A stretch of 64,000 nt of DNA from Christensenellaceae bacterium (GTDB taxonomy: Bacteria; Bacillota; Clostridia; Christensenellales; CAG-138): positions 1,283,949-1,347,948 of the forward strand of contig OY762936.1 of NCBI GenBank assembly GCA_963666935.1, written 5' to 3'. Numbering within the stretch: position 1 is the first letter of the stretch; the number at the start of each line of letters is the position of its first letter. A program made the translations under genes and the position numbers. Of this stretch, positions 17,852 to 27,682 are shown piece after piece. The notes under the pieces were generated by a model. The model saw only the letters and a list, made by a program, of their open reading frames with translations. It made no database searches and had not been told where the DNA came from.

Positions 17852-19195
17852 TTGATACATGCATTTAAGTTTAAAGAACTCAACCTGGTGCTGGACGTGG
17901 AAACCTCCGCGCTGCATCTGGTGGACGATACAGCGTTTGAAGTGATTTCTATGATGGAGCGGGGCGGCGACATCTATGCGTTGCCGTATCCCGAGCGCCA
18001 GATCCGGGAGATCGAAGAGGAGGCAAAAATCCTTCAAAACGAGGGTAGCCTGAATACGCCCGAGGCAGAGGTGCCCACGGGCATTTCAAAAGAGCAGGTG
18101 ATCAAATCTATGTGCCTGCACATCGCCCACGACTGCAACTTGCGCTGCCGTTACTGCTTCGCAGACAGCGGAGAGTACCAGCAGGGCCATCGAGCGCTGA
18201 TGAGCGCCGAAGTAGGGAAAAAAGCGCTGGAATTCCTGATAGAGCACGCTGGACGACGGCACAATCTGGAGGTTGACCTCTTTGGCGGGGAGCCGCTGAT
18301 GAACTTTGCCGTTGTGCAGGAAATCGTTGCCTATGGCCGAGAGCTGGAGAAACGATACGACAAGCAAATTCATTTTACGATTACCACCAACGGGTTAGGA
18401 CTTTCGCCGGACGTGATTCAATACCTTAACAAGGAAATGTCCAATATTGTGCTGAGTTTGGATGGACGGAAAGCGGTGCACGATTTCATGCGCCCCGCCC
18501 CCAACGGCAAGGGTTCTTACGACTTGTGCGTTGACAAGTTCAAACGGCTGGTCCAGTCCCGGGACAAGGATAAGGATTATTATGTTCGAGGCACCTATAC
18601 CAACCGGAACTTAGATTTTACCGAAGATGTAAAGCACTTTGTTGAACTTGGATTCGACCAGCTTTCAATGGAACCGGTGGTGCTGCCAGAGGAAAGCCCC
18701 TATGCCATTGTCGAAGAGCACGTGCAGGCGGTGCTAGAAGAGTACGACCGACTGGCGGACTACATCATCGAGAGCCGAGAGAATGGGAAATGGTTCAACT
18801 TCTTTCATTTTATGATCGACCTTTCCGGCGGCCCGTGCTTGAAAAAGCGTATCGCGGGATGCGGAGCGGGCGTGGAGTATGTGGCAGTGACCCCAGAGGG
18901 CGACATCTATCCCTGCCATCAGTTTGTGGGAATGCCACAGATGAAGATGGGGTCCGTGCTCAGCGGAGAACTTGATCAGAGCATCCGAGAAAAATTCGAA
19001 GCCTGTACGGTGCTTTCAAAACCCATATGCCGGAATTGCTGGGCGAAATACTTCTGTTCCGGCGGCTGCGCAGCCAATGCCTACAAGTACAACGGAGATA
19101 TTGCCATACCATACGAGATGACTTGTAAGTTTTTAAAGAAACGGACGGAGATCGCGGTGGGTCTCTATGCGAAAGAAACCATGGAAGGCGAATGA
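17852..19195 (+). CDS. scfB: Radical SAM/SPASM thioether-forming SCIFF peptide maturase
   Basis: CNLRCRYC (CX3CX2C) radical-SAM motif. C-terminal Cys-rich SPASM region (CGAG...YPCHQF...CRNCWAKYFCSGGCAANA). TTG start lies 6 nt after AGGAG. Adjacent to the SCIFF peptide. Confidence 0.88.
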   Translation: MIHAFKFKELNLVLDVETSALHLVDDTAFEVISMMERGGDIYALPYPERQIREIEEEAKILQNEGSLNTPEAEVPTGISKEQVIKSMCLHIAHDCNLRCRYCFADSGEYQQGHRALMSAEVGKKALEFLIEHAGRRHNLEVDLFGGEPLMNFAVVQEIVAYGRELEKRYDKQIHFTITTNGLGLSPDVIQYLNKEMSNIVLSLDGRKAVHDFMRPAPNGKGSYDLCVDKFKRLVQSRDKDKDYYVRGTYTNRNLDFTEDVKHFVELGFDQLSMEPVVLPEESPYAIVEEHVQAVLEEYDRLADYIIESRENGKWFNFFHFMIDLSGGPCLKKRIAGCGAGVEYVAVTPEGDIYPCHQFVGMPQMKMGSVLSGELDQSIREKFEACTVLSKPICRNCWAKYFCSGGCAANAYKYNGDIAIPYEMTCKFLKKRTEIAVGLYAKETMEGE

Positions 19196-19198
19196 AAA

Positions 19199-21559
19199 TT
19201 GCGGATTTACCAGGCAACCAGACAACAATATGACGACGTGCCGCGAGCTGAGGGGATGACTCCGCGGCTGGCGGCGCTTCTGTATAACAGGGGCTGCAAA
19301 ACCGCACAGGAGATGGAGCGGTTTTTAAACCCATCGGAAGAACAACTCTTTGACGCGACACGCTTCCTCGACATGGACAAGGCGGTGGAGCGGATTCGCA
19401 CTGCGATCGACAAAGGGGAACGGATCTGCATCTTTGGCGACTATGATACGGACGGCGTTGCCGCCACGGCGATCCTCTACGACTCCATGAGGAAAGCGGG
19501 GGCAACGGTTGCTTACCGAATTCCCTCCCGCCGTGGCGACGGCTACGGGCTGAGCAAAAACGCGGTTGAGGAGCTGGCACAAGAGGGGACTGCCCTCGTC
19601 ATTACGGTGGATAATGGTGTGAAAGCCAACGAGGAGATCGCGCTGGCAAAAACATATGAAATTGATGTGGTGGTGACGGATCACCACCAGTGCGGGGAGA
19701 GCCTGCCCGTTTGCGCGGCAGTGCTTTGCGCTACACGGGGAGACAACACATACCCCAACCGGGACTTGGCGGGGGCGGGCGTGGCTCTAAAACTATGCGA
19801 AGCCCTTTTCGGCCGGGAGACGGCACGAAAATACATTCCGCTGGCGGGGCTTGCCACGGTAGCGGACATGGTGCCGCTGCTGGGGGAGAACCGGGCGCTG
19901 GCCGCGCTGGCCCTTAAAATGATTAATCGGGAAGAATGCCCGCTAGGCCTTACTGTATTGGGAAACCACGTAAACGACGGCAGCCGGGCCTTTGGTTCCC
20001 GGGATTTTTCCTTTGGCTTTGCGCCGCGGATCAACGCAGCGGGACGCATGGAAGAGGCGGGAATTTGCGTGGAACTTCTTTGTACGGACGATGGGGCACG
20101 GGCCTTTGAAATTGCAGAAAAATTGGAAGAATTCAACCGACTGCGCCAAGCTGAGGAGAGCCGGATCACGGAGGAAGCCGTTGCACGCATTGAGGAGACG
20201 GACCTGACCGAGAGGCGATCCATCGTTCTTTTTGACCAGAGCTGGAACGTGGGAGTGGTGGGTATCGCCGCCAGCCGGATTGCGACACGGTATTTCCGCC
20301 CCACCCTCCTTCTGACACAGCGGGACGGGCTTCTTACGGGCAGCGCCCGGAGCATCGAAGGGGTAGACCTCTACGGGGCGCTTGCCACCAATGCTGCACA
20401 CTTCGTCCGCTTCGGCGGCCATGCATATGCCGCCGGCGTCACTTTGGAACCGGACAGGCTAAAAGACTTTCAGACAGACTTGGAAACTACCCTTTCGGAT
20501 TTGCCGGCGGAGTTTTTTCTGCCGCGGACGTTTTATGAGTGTGAGGCAGAACTTGAGGAACTGACGCTGGATCTGGCGGATGAGCTGGCATTGCTTGCAC
20601 CCTTCGGGGAAGGCAACCCCCTGCCCACATTCCGAACGGACGGCTTGCTAATGAGCGGGCTGCGCAGGATCGGAAGCGACGCCACCCATCTGAAAGCCAA
20701 GGCCTCGAAGGGCGGCCGCTTTGGGGAAGTGATTGCCTTCGGTATGGGGTACCGATTTGAGGAGATCAGCGACATGGAGCGTTGCGACATGGTTTATGCT
20801 GTGGACGTGAACGAGTGGAACGGCATGCGCAGCCTGCAGATGCGCGCGCAGGAGATCCGAGGCACGCTTATTGCGGACTCTCGCCAATACGTTCTGCGGC
20901 ACGGCGAAAAATTTGCGGATGCATTTTGCCGTAACTTGGCGTATAATAGTTGCGGTGTGCGAGTAGAAACCGACGAAAGGGAAACACTAGCCGCGTTTTT
21001 ACAGCCCTGCGCGGGGACGCTGATTCTGGCGTTTACACCGCAAGGCGCGCAGGACCTGCTGGACGCACTGGCTGATAAGGCGATGAGCGGACTACCGGTG
21101 AGCTTTTTTAAAACCCATAAAAGCCCCGCCGCTTACCATGAGGTCGTGCTGGCTCCGGCACTGGATGCGCTTGACATCAGCCGGTTTCGGCGGATTTTGC
21201 TTTACGACTGCGCAGATTCCGGCGTGATTGCGCGGCTCCAAGAACTGGCCCCTGGGGCGAAGATCGCAGCGGGGCGCCACCGTCAATTCAAAGTCGCTTT
21301 TTCCAGAGAAGACGCCGCTGTCTTTTACCGGGCCGTTGCCGCAACAGGGCGGAGCTTTCACAGCCTTGAGGAGCTATTGGACTATCTGGCCCGAGTTACC
21401 GGGCGCCCACGCCACGAGGCAAAGCTTTCGGCAGATATATTTATGGAACTGGGATTGATGCGATTGGAAGGGGACGTTGCCTTGCTTTCGAGCGAAGAAC
21501 GGCGCGACCTCATGGACAGCCCCACCTTTGCGAAGCTAAAAGAGGTTGCGGGCATATAG
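19199..21559 (+). CDS. recJ: Single-stranded-DNA-specific exonuclease RecJ
   Basis: DHH motifs (IFGDYDTDGV, VITVDNG, VVVTDHHQ) and a DHHA1 region (GGHAYAAG). 786 aa with the long C-terminal extension typical of Firmicutes RecJ. Confidence 0.9.
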   Translation: MRIYQATRQQYDDVPRAEGMTPRLAALLYNRGCKTAQEMERFLNPSEEQLFDATRFLDMDKAVERIRTAIDKGERICIFGDYDTDGVAATAILYDSMRKAGATVAYRIPSRRGDGYGLSKNAVEELAQEGTALVITVDNGVKANEEIALAKTYEIDVVVTDHHQCGESLPVCAAVLCATRGDNTYPNRDLAGAGVALKLCEALFGRETARKYIPLAGLATVADMVPLLGENRALAALALKMINREECPLGLTVLGNHVNDGSRAFGSRDFSFGFAPRINAAGRMEEAGICVELLCTDDGARAFEIAEKLEEFNRLRQAEESRITEEAVARIEETDLTERRSIVLFDQSWNVGVVGIAASRIATRYFRPTLLLTQRDGLLTGSARSIEGVDLYGALATNAAHFVRFGGHAYAAGVTLEPDRLKDFQTDLETTLSDLPAEFFLPRTFYECEAELEELTLDLADELALLAPFGEGNPLPTFRTDGLLMSGLRRIGSDATHLKAKASKGGRFGEVIAFGMGYRFEEISDMERCDMVYAVDVNEWNGMRSLQMRAQEIRGTLIADSRQYVLRHGEKFADAFCRNLAYNSCGVRVETDERETLAAFLQPCAGTLILAFTPQGAQDLLDALADKAMSGLPVSFFKTHKSPAAYHEVVLAPALDALDISRFRRILLYDCADSGVIARLQELAPGAKIAAGRHRQFKVAFSREDAAVFYRAVAATGRSFHSLEELLDYLARVTGRPRHEAKLSADIFMELGLMRLEGDVALLSSEERRDLMDSPTFAKLKEVAGI

Positions 21560-21593
21560 TGTGATTTAAATTGCGGGAAGGGAGGGAAAGTGT

Positions 21594-23780
21594 ATGGAAC
21601 ATCTGTTGGAGCTGTGCAGGCCGCGGTTCTCCGAAGAAGAGATGCAAAGCCTGGTTAAAGCATGTGAATTTGCGCAAAAAGTGCACGAAGGGCAGCGTAG
21701 ACAAAGCGGCGAACCATACATTACCCATCCTATTAAAGTGGCTGAGATGCTGGCGGAGATGGGAATGGATCCCAGCACCATCATTGCGGGGCTGCTCCAC
21801 GATACCGTGGAGGACGGCAAAGACATTACCACGCAGATACTGGAGGACCAGTTCGGCAAAGACATTGCCGAGATGGTGGATGGCGTCACCAAGCTGACGC
21901 AGTCCAGCAACAAAAGCGCCGTGAACCGCGAAGAGGTTCAGGCAGAAAACATGCGCAAGATGTTCCTTGCAACTGCCAACGACGTGCGGGTGGTGATCAT
22001 CAAGCTTACGGATCGGCTGCATAACATGCGCACGCTGCAATACTGCAGCGAAGAAAAACGAATTCGAAAAGCCCGGGAAACACTGGAGGTCTATGCGCCG
22101 CTGGCCCACCGCTTTGGCATGGGTGCGATGAAGTGCGAGCTGGAAGACCTTTGCTTCATGTATTTGTACCCGGACGATTACAAAAAGCTGAAAGACGCCA
22201 TGATCCCCTACCAGCAGCAACGGATGCAGCTGTTGGAATCTGCCATTAAAACCATTAATGAGAAGCTTAATGAGGCGGGAATCGAAGCCACCATTAACGG
22301 ACGACCAAAGCACCTTTTCAGCGTATATAGAAAGACCATTAGGCTCAATACCAGCATTGATGAGATCTACGACCTCGTCGCCATTCGCGTCATCGTCAAC
22401 ACCATCAACGACTGTTACGCGGCCTTGGGCATTATCCATTCTGTTTGGAAGCCCATGCCCGGCCGGTTTAAGGATTATATCGCCATGCCCAAGCCCAATA
22501 TGTACCGCTCCCTGCATACGACCTTGTTTGCCGGGGAGGGCGGGATGCCCTTCGAGGTGCAGATTCGCACGCCGGACATGCACCGGGCGGCGGAATATGG
22601 CATTGCGGCCCACTGGATGTATAAAGAGGGCCGAAAAGACCAAGATGAGCTGGATAACAAAATGGCATGGCTCCGGGAAGCGTTGGAGATGGAGCACTAC
22701 ACCGACAATACTCGCGAATTCATTGAGAACGTTCGTAAAGACTTTTTCGGAGACTACGTGTATGTGCTCACACCGCAGGGGAAGATTATCGACCTGCCTA
22801 CGGGCTCCACGCCGCTGGACTTTGCCTACCGCATCCATTCCAACATCGGCAACCGCACCCAGCACGCCAAGGTGAACGGCGCCATCGTGCGGCTGGATTA
22901 TAAGCTTAAGACCAACGATGTGGTGGAAATTATTACATCCTCTAACGCCGCACCCAGCTTGGACTGGCTTAAGGTGGTCAAGACCCAACAAGCCAAGGCG
23001 AAGATACGCCAGTGGTTCAAAAAGACAAACCGGGAGGAAAACATTCAGCGGGGCCGCGACATGCTCAGCGAGTCCATCCGGCGTCAGGGCTTTCAGCTTT
23101 CTGACTTGGACAAGGACTGCTTTGCGGATTTGATCAAACGGTTCAATATGTCCGAGGTGGAGGATGTGTACGCAGCCATCGGCTACGGCGGGATTACCAC
23201 GGCACAGGTTACCCACAGGCTGCTGGAGAATGTACGCAAGGTCCAGCGGGAGGCGGAACTCAAGGAAAAGCTGGATAAGCTGAGCAAGGGAGAGGAAGAA
23301 CCCCAGCCAGCAAGGAGCGCAAACACCGACGTTGGGAACGGCGTGATCGTGAAGGGCTGCCCCAATATCGCGGTTCGTTTCGCTCGGTGCTGCAGCCCGC
23401 TGCCCGGGGATGCCATTATCGGCTACCTGACCAGAGGTCGGGGCGTTTCCGTTCACAGGAAGGATTGCCCCAATATTGGGAATTTGATGATGGAACCGGA
23501 TCGGGTGGTGGAGGCACAGTGGGCGGAGCACGTGAAGAGCTCCTACTTGGCCACCATACAGGTGGTGGCGAGCGAGCGCACGGGACTGCTCATGGAGATT
23601 TCCCAGGTACTGGTGGGCATGAATATCTCCATTACATCCATGACCGCGAAGACGGATCCCAACAGTATGGTATATACCCAGTTGTCCTTCGAGGTGAAGG
23701 ACGCAAATCAGCTGGATTCCATCACAAAGAGCATTCGGAAGATACACTCGGTGAAGGACGTATTCAGAATAAAGGCATAA
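21594..23780 (+). CDS. relA: Bifunctional (p)ppGpp synthetase/hydrolase RelA/SpoT (Rel)
   Basis: HD domain (HPIKVAEML...LLHDTVEDG), synthetase motif (YRSLHTTL), and TGS and ACT C-terminal domains. 728 aa. Confidence 0.95.
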   Translation: MEHLLELCRPRFSEEEMQSLVKACEFAQKVHEGQRRQSGEPYITHPIKVAEMLAEMGMDPSTIIAGLLHDTVEDGKDITTQILEDQFGKDIAEMVDGVTKLTQSSNKSAVNREEVQAENMRKMFLATANDVRVVIIKLTDRLHNMRTLQYCSEEKRIRKARETLEVYAPLAHRFGMGAMKCELEDLCFMYLYPDDYKKLKDAMIPYQQQRMQLLESAIKTINEKLNEAGIEATINGRPKHLFSVYRKTIRLNTSIDEIYDLVAIRVIVNTINDCYAALGIIHSVWKPMPGRFKDYIAMPKPNMYRSLHTTLFAGEGGMPFEVQIRTPDMHRAAEYGIAAHWMYKEGRKDQDELDNKMAWLREALEMEHYTDNTREFIENVRKDFFGDYVYVLTPQGKIIDLPTGSTPLDFAYRIHSNIGNRTQHAKVNGAIVRLDYKLKTNDVVEIITSSNAAPSLDWLKVVKTQQAKAKIRQWFKKTNREENIQRGRDMLSESIRRQGFQLSDLDKDCFADLIKRFNMSEVEDVYAAIGYGGITTAQVTHRLLENVRKVQREAELKEKLDKLSKGEEEPQPARSANTDVGNGVIVKGCPNIAVRFARCCSPLPGDAIIGYLTRGRGVSVHRKDCPNIGNLMMEPDRVVEAQWAEHVKSSYLATIQVVASERTGLLMEISQVLVGMNISITSMTAKTDPNSMVYTQLSFEVKDANQLDSITKSIRKIHSVKDVFRIKA

Positions 23781-23789
23781 GGACAAGAA

Positions 23790-24236
23790 ATGCGAGCGGT
23801 TGTACAGCGGGTTGCCGGTGCTTCGGTGACTATTGACGGGAAAATAGCGGGGGAAATTGACAAGGGCTGCATGGTGCTTCTGGGCGTTGAGGACATTGAC
23901 GAACAGGAGGACTTGGATTATATCTGCGACAAACTCATTGGGCTGAGGATTTTTGAAGATTCTGACGGCAAGATGAATCTTGATATCCAGGACGTGGGGG
24001 GCGGCATATTGCTCATTTCTCAGTTCACCCTCTTGGGGGATGCCCGTAAGGGTCGGCGGCCGGGCTTTACAAAGGCGGCGAGGCCGGAGAAGGCGATCCC
24101 TATGTATGAGGCGGCCGTTGCGAGGCTCCGCGCAAGCGTTTCGGTAGAAACCGGGCGGTTTGGGGCGGATATGAAGGTGGCGCTGGTGAATGATGGGCCT
24201 GTCACAATACTTTTGGATAGCAAGAGGACGTTTTAA
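23790..24236 (+). CDS. dtd: D-aminoacyl-tRNA deacylase
   Basis: MRAVVQRV...ISQFTLLGD...RPGF...NDGPVT are canonical Dtd motifs. Confidence 0.93.
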   Translation: MRAVVQRVAGASVTIDGKIAGEIDKGCMVLLGVEDIDEQEDLDYICDKLIGLRIFEDSDGKMNLDIQDVGGGILLISQFTLLGDARKGRRPGFTKAARPEKAIPMYEAAVARLRASVSVETGRFGADMKVALVNDGPVTILLDSKRTF

Positions 24237-24872
24237 ATGGAATTGGTTACAATGATCACAGGACCGCTGGAAGTGAACACGTATATCCTGAGCAACAAGG
24301 TGGGGGAATGCGTGGTGATCGATCCGGCAGATGCGAAAAGAACTCGGGAATTGCTCAAAGAGCATGGCCTGATCTGTACGCACGTGCTGCTGACCCACTG
24401 TCATTTCGATCACATCACAGGTGCTGCGGAGATGCAGCGGCAGGGGGCCAAGATTTGCATTTCAGCCATCGACGCGCCGGGCTTGGAAAACGACAATTTC
24501 AACCTGAGCTTGGGCAACATGTTTCGGGTTGAGCACTGCGTGGCGGATGTTCTATTGCATGACGGGGATATTTTGGAGGCGGCGGGGGTAAAGATTCACG
24601 TCATTGCCACGCCGGGACATACCAGAGGAAGTCTGTGTTTTCTTTTGGAAGAGCAGCGCATACTCTTTTCCGGGGACACTCTATTTTTCCAAAGCGTAGG
24701 GCGCTGTGATTTCCCAAGCGGGAGCGCCTCGGATTTGATGACCTCCATCCAGAATCGGCTTATGACCTTAGAGGGAGATTATAAGGTGTATCCCGGCCAC
24801 GGGGAAGAGACTATGCTCCAAAGAGAAAAGAAGTTTAACCCGTATTTGAAGGTAGATGTTTCGCAATGGTAA
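24237..24872 (+). CDS. MBL-fold metallo-hydrolase (glyoxalase II-like)
   Basis: THCHFDH metal-binding motif, ...TPGHTRGS..., ...GD.LF. 211 aa. Confidence 0.8.
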   Translation: MELVTMITGPLEVNTYILSNKVGECVVIDPADAKRTRELLKEHGLICTHVLLTHCHFDHITGAAEMQRQGAKICISAIDAPGLENDNFNLSLGNMFRVEHCVADVLLHDGDILEAAGVKIHVIATPGHTRGSLCFLLEEQRILFSGDTLFFQSVGRCDFPSGSASDLMTSIQNRLMTLEGDYKVYPGHGEETMLQREKKFNPYLKVDVSQW

Positions 24873-26353
24873 CCCTCTTCACAAATCACGCTGAATTTGC
24901 AAACGACATTGCGGAGGAGATTCGGCTGTTTACGGACACATCGCAAGCCGTGACCGTATCTCCCTTACCCGCGGTATGCAAAGATGGCATGACTGTGACG
25001 GCGGAACTCGTGGAAAATGCTGATGTCTGGACCGCACGGGCAAGGGCGGCCGCAAACGGAAAAATCGGAGACTATACTTATGTTTGCAAAGCGGTGGAGG
25101 GCGGCGATCTTTTGAAAAAGCGCTACCGGAAACGTGCTCTTAAGATTGCGGTATTCCGCGCCATGCGGCAGGTGTTTGATGCGTTTACCCCATGGGGTTC
25201 TTTGACGGGAATCCGGCCCACGCGGCTGCTTCGGGAACTTTCCGAACAGATGGGGGAGCAGGAGGCCCTTCGTTTTCTGGAGGAGGAATTCGACGTCGCT
25301 CCCGAAAAGCTGGCTCTGGCTCGGGAAATTGCGCAGATTCAGCGGCCCATACTGGCACAAGGCCACTGGCGGAGGGATTTAGATGTTTACATTGGCATTC
25401 CCTTCTGCAAAACCCGGTGCCTTTACTGTTCCTTTGCATCGGAAGTGCGAAGGAAGGATACGGATATGGCGACGTACATTGCCGCGCTAAAAGAGGATAT
25501 CCGACTGGGCGCGGCGGCGGCGCAGGAGAACGGATACCGCATTCGGAGTATGTACATGGGCGGCGGCACGCCCACCGTGCTCACCGAGGAAGAACTTACG
25601 GATGTGCTTTCCTGCGCGCTGGCAGCTTACGGCGGCTTTGGGCGGGAACTGACGGTGGAGGCGGGCAGACCGGATACCATTACGAGGGGCAAGTTGAGAG
25701 CAATCAGAGAACTGGGCGCCGGGCGGATTTCCATAAACCCCCAGACCATGAACCCTTTTACCTTAGAGATCATCGGCAGAAATCACGGCCCCGAGGAAGT
25801 GCATACGGCGTATCAGACCGCCCGGGACATGGGATTTTGCATTAATATGGACCTCATCGCGGGGCTCCCCGGCGAGGATGCGGAAGACGTGAAACGCACG
25901 CTGGATGAGATTGTGCGTTTGGCTCCGGACAACATGACCATGCATACCCTGGCATTGAAGCGATCTTCTGTACTCAAAGAGCGGCTGAGCGAATTCCAGC
26001 CGGCACCCGCCGAAACGGCGGACGAAATGGTGCGGCTGGGTGCGGCGGCGGCGGAACGTATGGGTATGCGGCCCTATTACATGTACCGGCAAAAGTACAT
26101 GCGGGGCAATCTGGAAAACGTGGGTTACGCGCTGCCGGGGAAGGAATGCCTCTACAATATCGACATGATGGAAGAGACTACGTCCATTATGGCGCATGGG
26201 GCAGGATCTATGACAAAACGCATCTTTGGCGGCGAACAGCGGGTGGAACGGATCCCCAGCCCCAAGGATATCGGGACCTATATCGCCAAGGTGGAGACAC
26301 TTTCAGCGCACAAGCGGGCGTTGTTTGGCGCAGGGGATGCTCTTGCCCCGTAG
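24866..26353 (+). CDS. hemZ: Radical SAM coproporphyrinogen-dehydrogenase-like protein HemZ
   Basis: IPFCKTRCLYCSF radical-SAM motif. N-terminal extension and length (495 aa) fit the HemZ subfamily. Located upstream of hisS. Confidence 0.7.
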   Translation: MVTLFTNHAEFANDIAEEIRLFTDTSQAVTVSPLPAVCKDGMTVTAELVENADVWTARARAAANGKIGDYTYVCKAVEGGDLLKKRYRKRALKIAVFRAMRQVFDAFTPWGSLTGIRPTRLLRELSEQMGEQEALRFLEEEFDVAPEKLALAREIAQIQRPILAQGHWRRDLDVYIGIPFCKTRCLYCSFASEVRRKDTDMATYIAALKEDIRLGAAAAQENGYRIRSMYMGGGTPTVLTEEELTDVLSCALAAYGGFGRELTVEAGRPDTITRGKLRAIRELGAGRISINPQTMNPFTLEIIGRNHGPEEVHTAYQTARDMGFCINMDLIAGLPGEDAEDVKRTLDEIVRLAPDNMTMHTLALKRSSVLKERLSEFQPAPAETADEMVRLGAAAAERMGMRPYYMYRQKYMRGNLENVGYALPGKECLYNIDMMEETTSIMAHGAGSMTKRIFGGEQRVERIPSPKDIGTYIAKVETLSAHKRALFGAGDALAP

Positions 26354-26398
26354 GCGGTTTTAGGGTATGATAATAGGATCGAACGGACGAGGTGAACT

Positions 26399-27664
26399 AT
26401 GGCAATACAGGCGCCGAAAGGCACAAAGGACGTAACCCCGGCGGAGAGCTACAAGTGGCAGTACATTGAAAAGCTGGCTCGGGAGATTTGCGATGATTTT
26501 GGATACAGCGAGACCCGTACGCCGGTAATCGAGCATACGGAGCTCTTTTTGCGGGGCGTGGGAGATACCACCGATATCGTGCAGAAGGAGATGTACACCT
26601 TCGACGATAAGGGAGGACGGTCCATTACGCTCAAGCCGGAAGGCACCGCGGGCGCAGCCCGAATGTTTTTGGAAAACAGCCTTTTTAACGAACCGCAACC
26701 CACGAAGATGTATTACCTTTACTGCCCGGTATTCCGCTACGACAAGCCCCAGGCGGGAAGACTTCGGGAGCACCACCAGTTCGGCGTGGAAGTTTACGGT
26801 GCACCTTTGGCCAGTGCGGACGCGGAGTGCATCCAATTGGCGCTGACTCTGCTCAACCGGGCCGGGGTCAAAGGCCTTAGTGTGAACATAAACAGTATCG
26901 GCTGCCCCAGCTGCAGACCTAAATATAACGACAGGCTCAAGGAATACCTCGGGAGCAATTTTGACGGGCTGTGCGCGACCTGCAAAAGCCGCTTCGAGAA
27001 GAATCCGCTGCGGATACTGGATTGCAAGGAAGAGAAATGCAAGACCATCTGCAAGGGTGCGCCCACCATACTGGATTGTCTGTGCGACACATGTGCCGCG
27101 CATTTTGAGGAACTCAAAGCATGCCTTGCGGGCATCGACGTGGAGTATCAGGTGGATCCCTTTATCGTGCGAGGGCTGGACTACTACACCAAGACGGTAT
27201 TTGAGATCATCGCGCAGAGCGAAAGCTATTCGGGCACGGTTTGCGGCGGCGGCCGGTATGACGGTTTGTTGGAACAGCTGGGCGGCCCAGAGATGCCGGG
27301 CATAGGCTTCGGCATGGGCATGGAACGGCTGCTGCTCATTGCTGAACTTTCCGGAGCGCATTTCCCGCTGCCCCGGCAGACGGAGGTCTATATTGCGACG
27401 ATGGGCGAAGAGGCCCGAAAGGTGGGGTTCACCCTTGTGAACAACCTTCGGGTAAAGGGCGTGAAGGCGGAATTTGACCATGTGGGTAGGAGCTTTAAGG
27501 CCCAGTTCAAGTATGCAAACAAACTGGGGGCCCGGTTCGTGGCCGTGCTAGGCGACGATGAACTTGACCGAGGTGCCGTAAAACTCAAAGATATGAATAC
27601 CAGTGAGGAAGAATATGTCAACATTCCCGCCCTCGCGAAAACCATAAAAGAACGATTAGACTGA
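26399..27664 (+). CDS. hisS: Histidine--tRNA ligase
   Basis: Class II motifs (FRYDKPQAGRLREHHQFGVE, GGGRYDGL) and an anticodon-binding C-terminus. Confidence 0.95.
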   Translation: MAIQAPKGTKDVTPAESYKWQYIEKLAREICDDFGYSETRTPVIEHTELFLRGVGDTTDIVQKEMYTFDDKGGRSITLKPEGTAGAARMFLENSLFNEPQPTKMYYLYCPVFRYDKPQAGRLREHHQFGVEVYGAPLASADAECIQLALTLLNRAGVKGLSVNINSIGCPSCRPKYNDRLKEYLGSNFDGLCATCKSRFEKNPLRILDCKEEKCKTICKGAPTILDCLCDTCAAHFEELKACLAGIDVEYQVDPFIVRGLDYYTKTVFEIIAQSESYSGTVCGGGRYDGLLEQLGGPEMPGIGFGMGMERLLLIAELSGAHFPLPRQTEVYIATMGEEARKVGFTLVNNLRVKGVKAEFDHVGRSFKAQFKYANKLGARFVAVLGDDELDRGAVKLKDMNTSEEEYVNIPALAKTIKERLD

Positions 27665-27682
27665 CGAAGGACGGTATCAGAT

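Noticed and set aside
21510-24413. 967-aa ORF on the minus strand spanning the recJ end, relA, dtd and the start of the MBL hydrolase gene
   Set aside because: It is a shadow ORF. relA (21594), dtd (23790) and the MBL gene (24237) all start in the same phase (coordinates congruent modulo 3). The antisense ORF is in exact codon register with them, so antisense stops would require sense TTA/CTA/TCA codons, which this GC-rich codon usage avoids. The translation is His/Arg/Leu/Pro-rich with no motif, while the sense genes have clear family signatures.
26354-26398. T-box leader expected upstream of hisS-aspS, as in Bacillus
   Set aside because: Only 45 nt separate hemZ and hisS, and 18 nt separate hisS and aspS. 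That is too short for a T-box, no specifier or antiterminator elements are visible, and the genes appear co-transcribed with hemZ.
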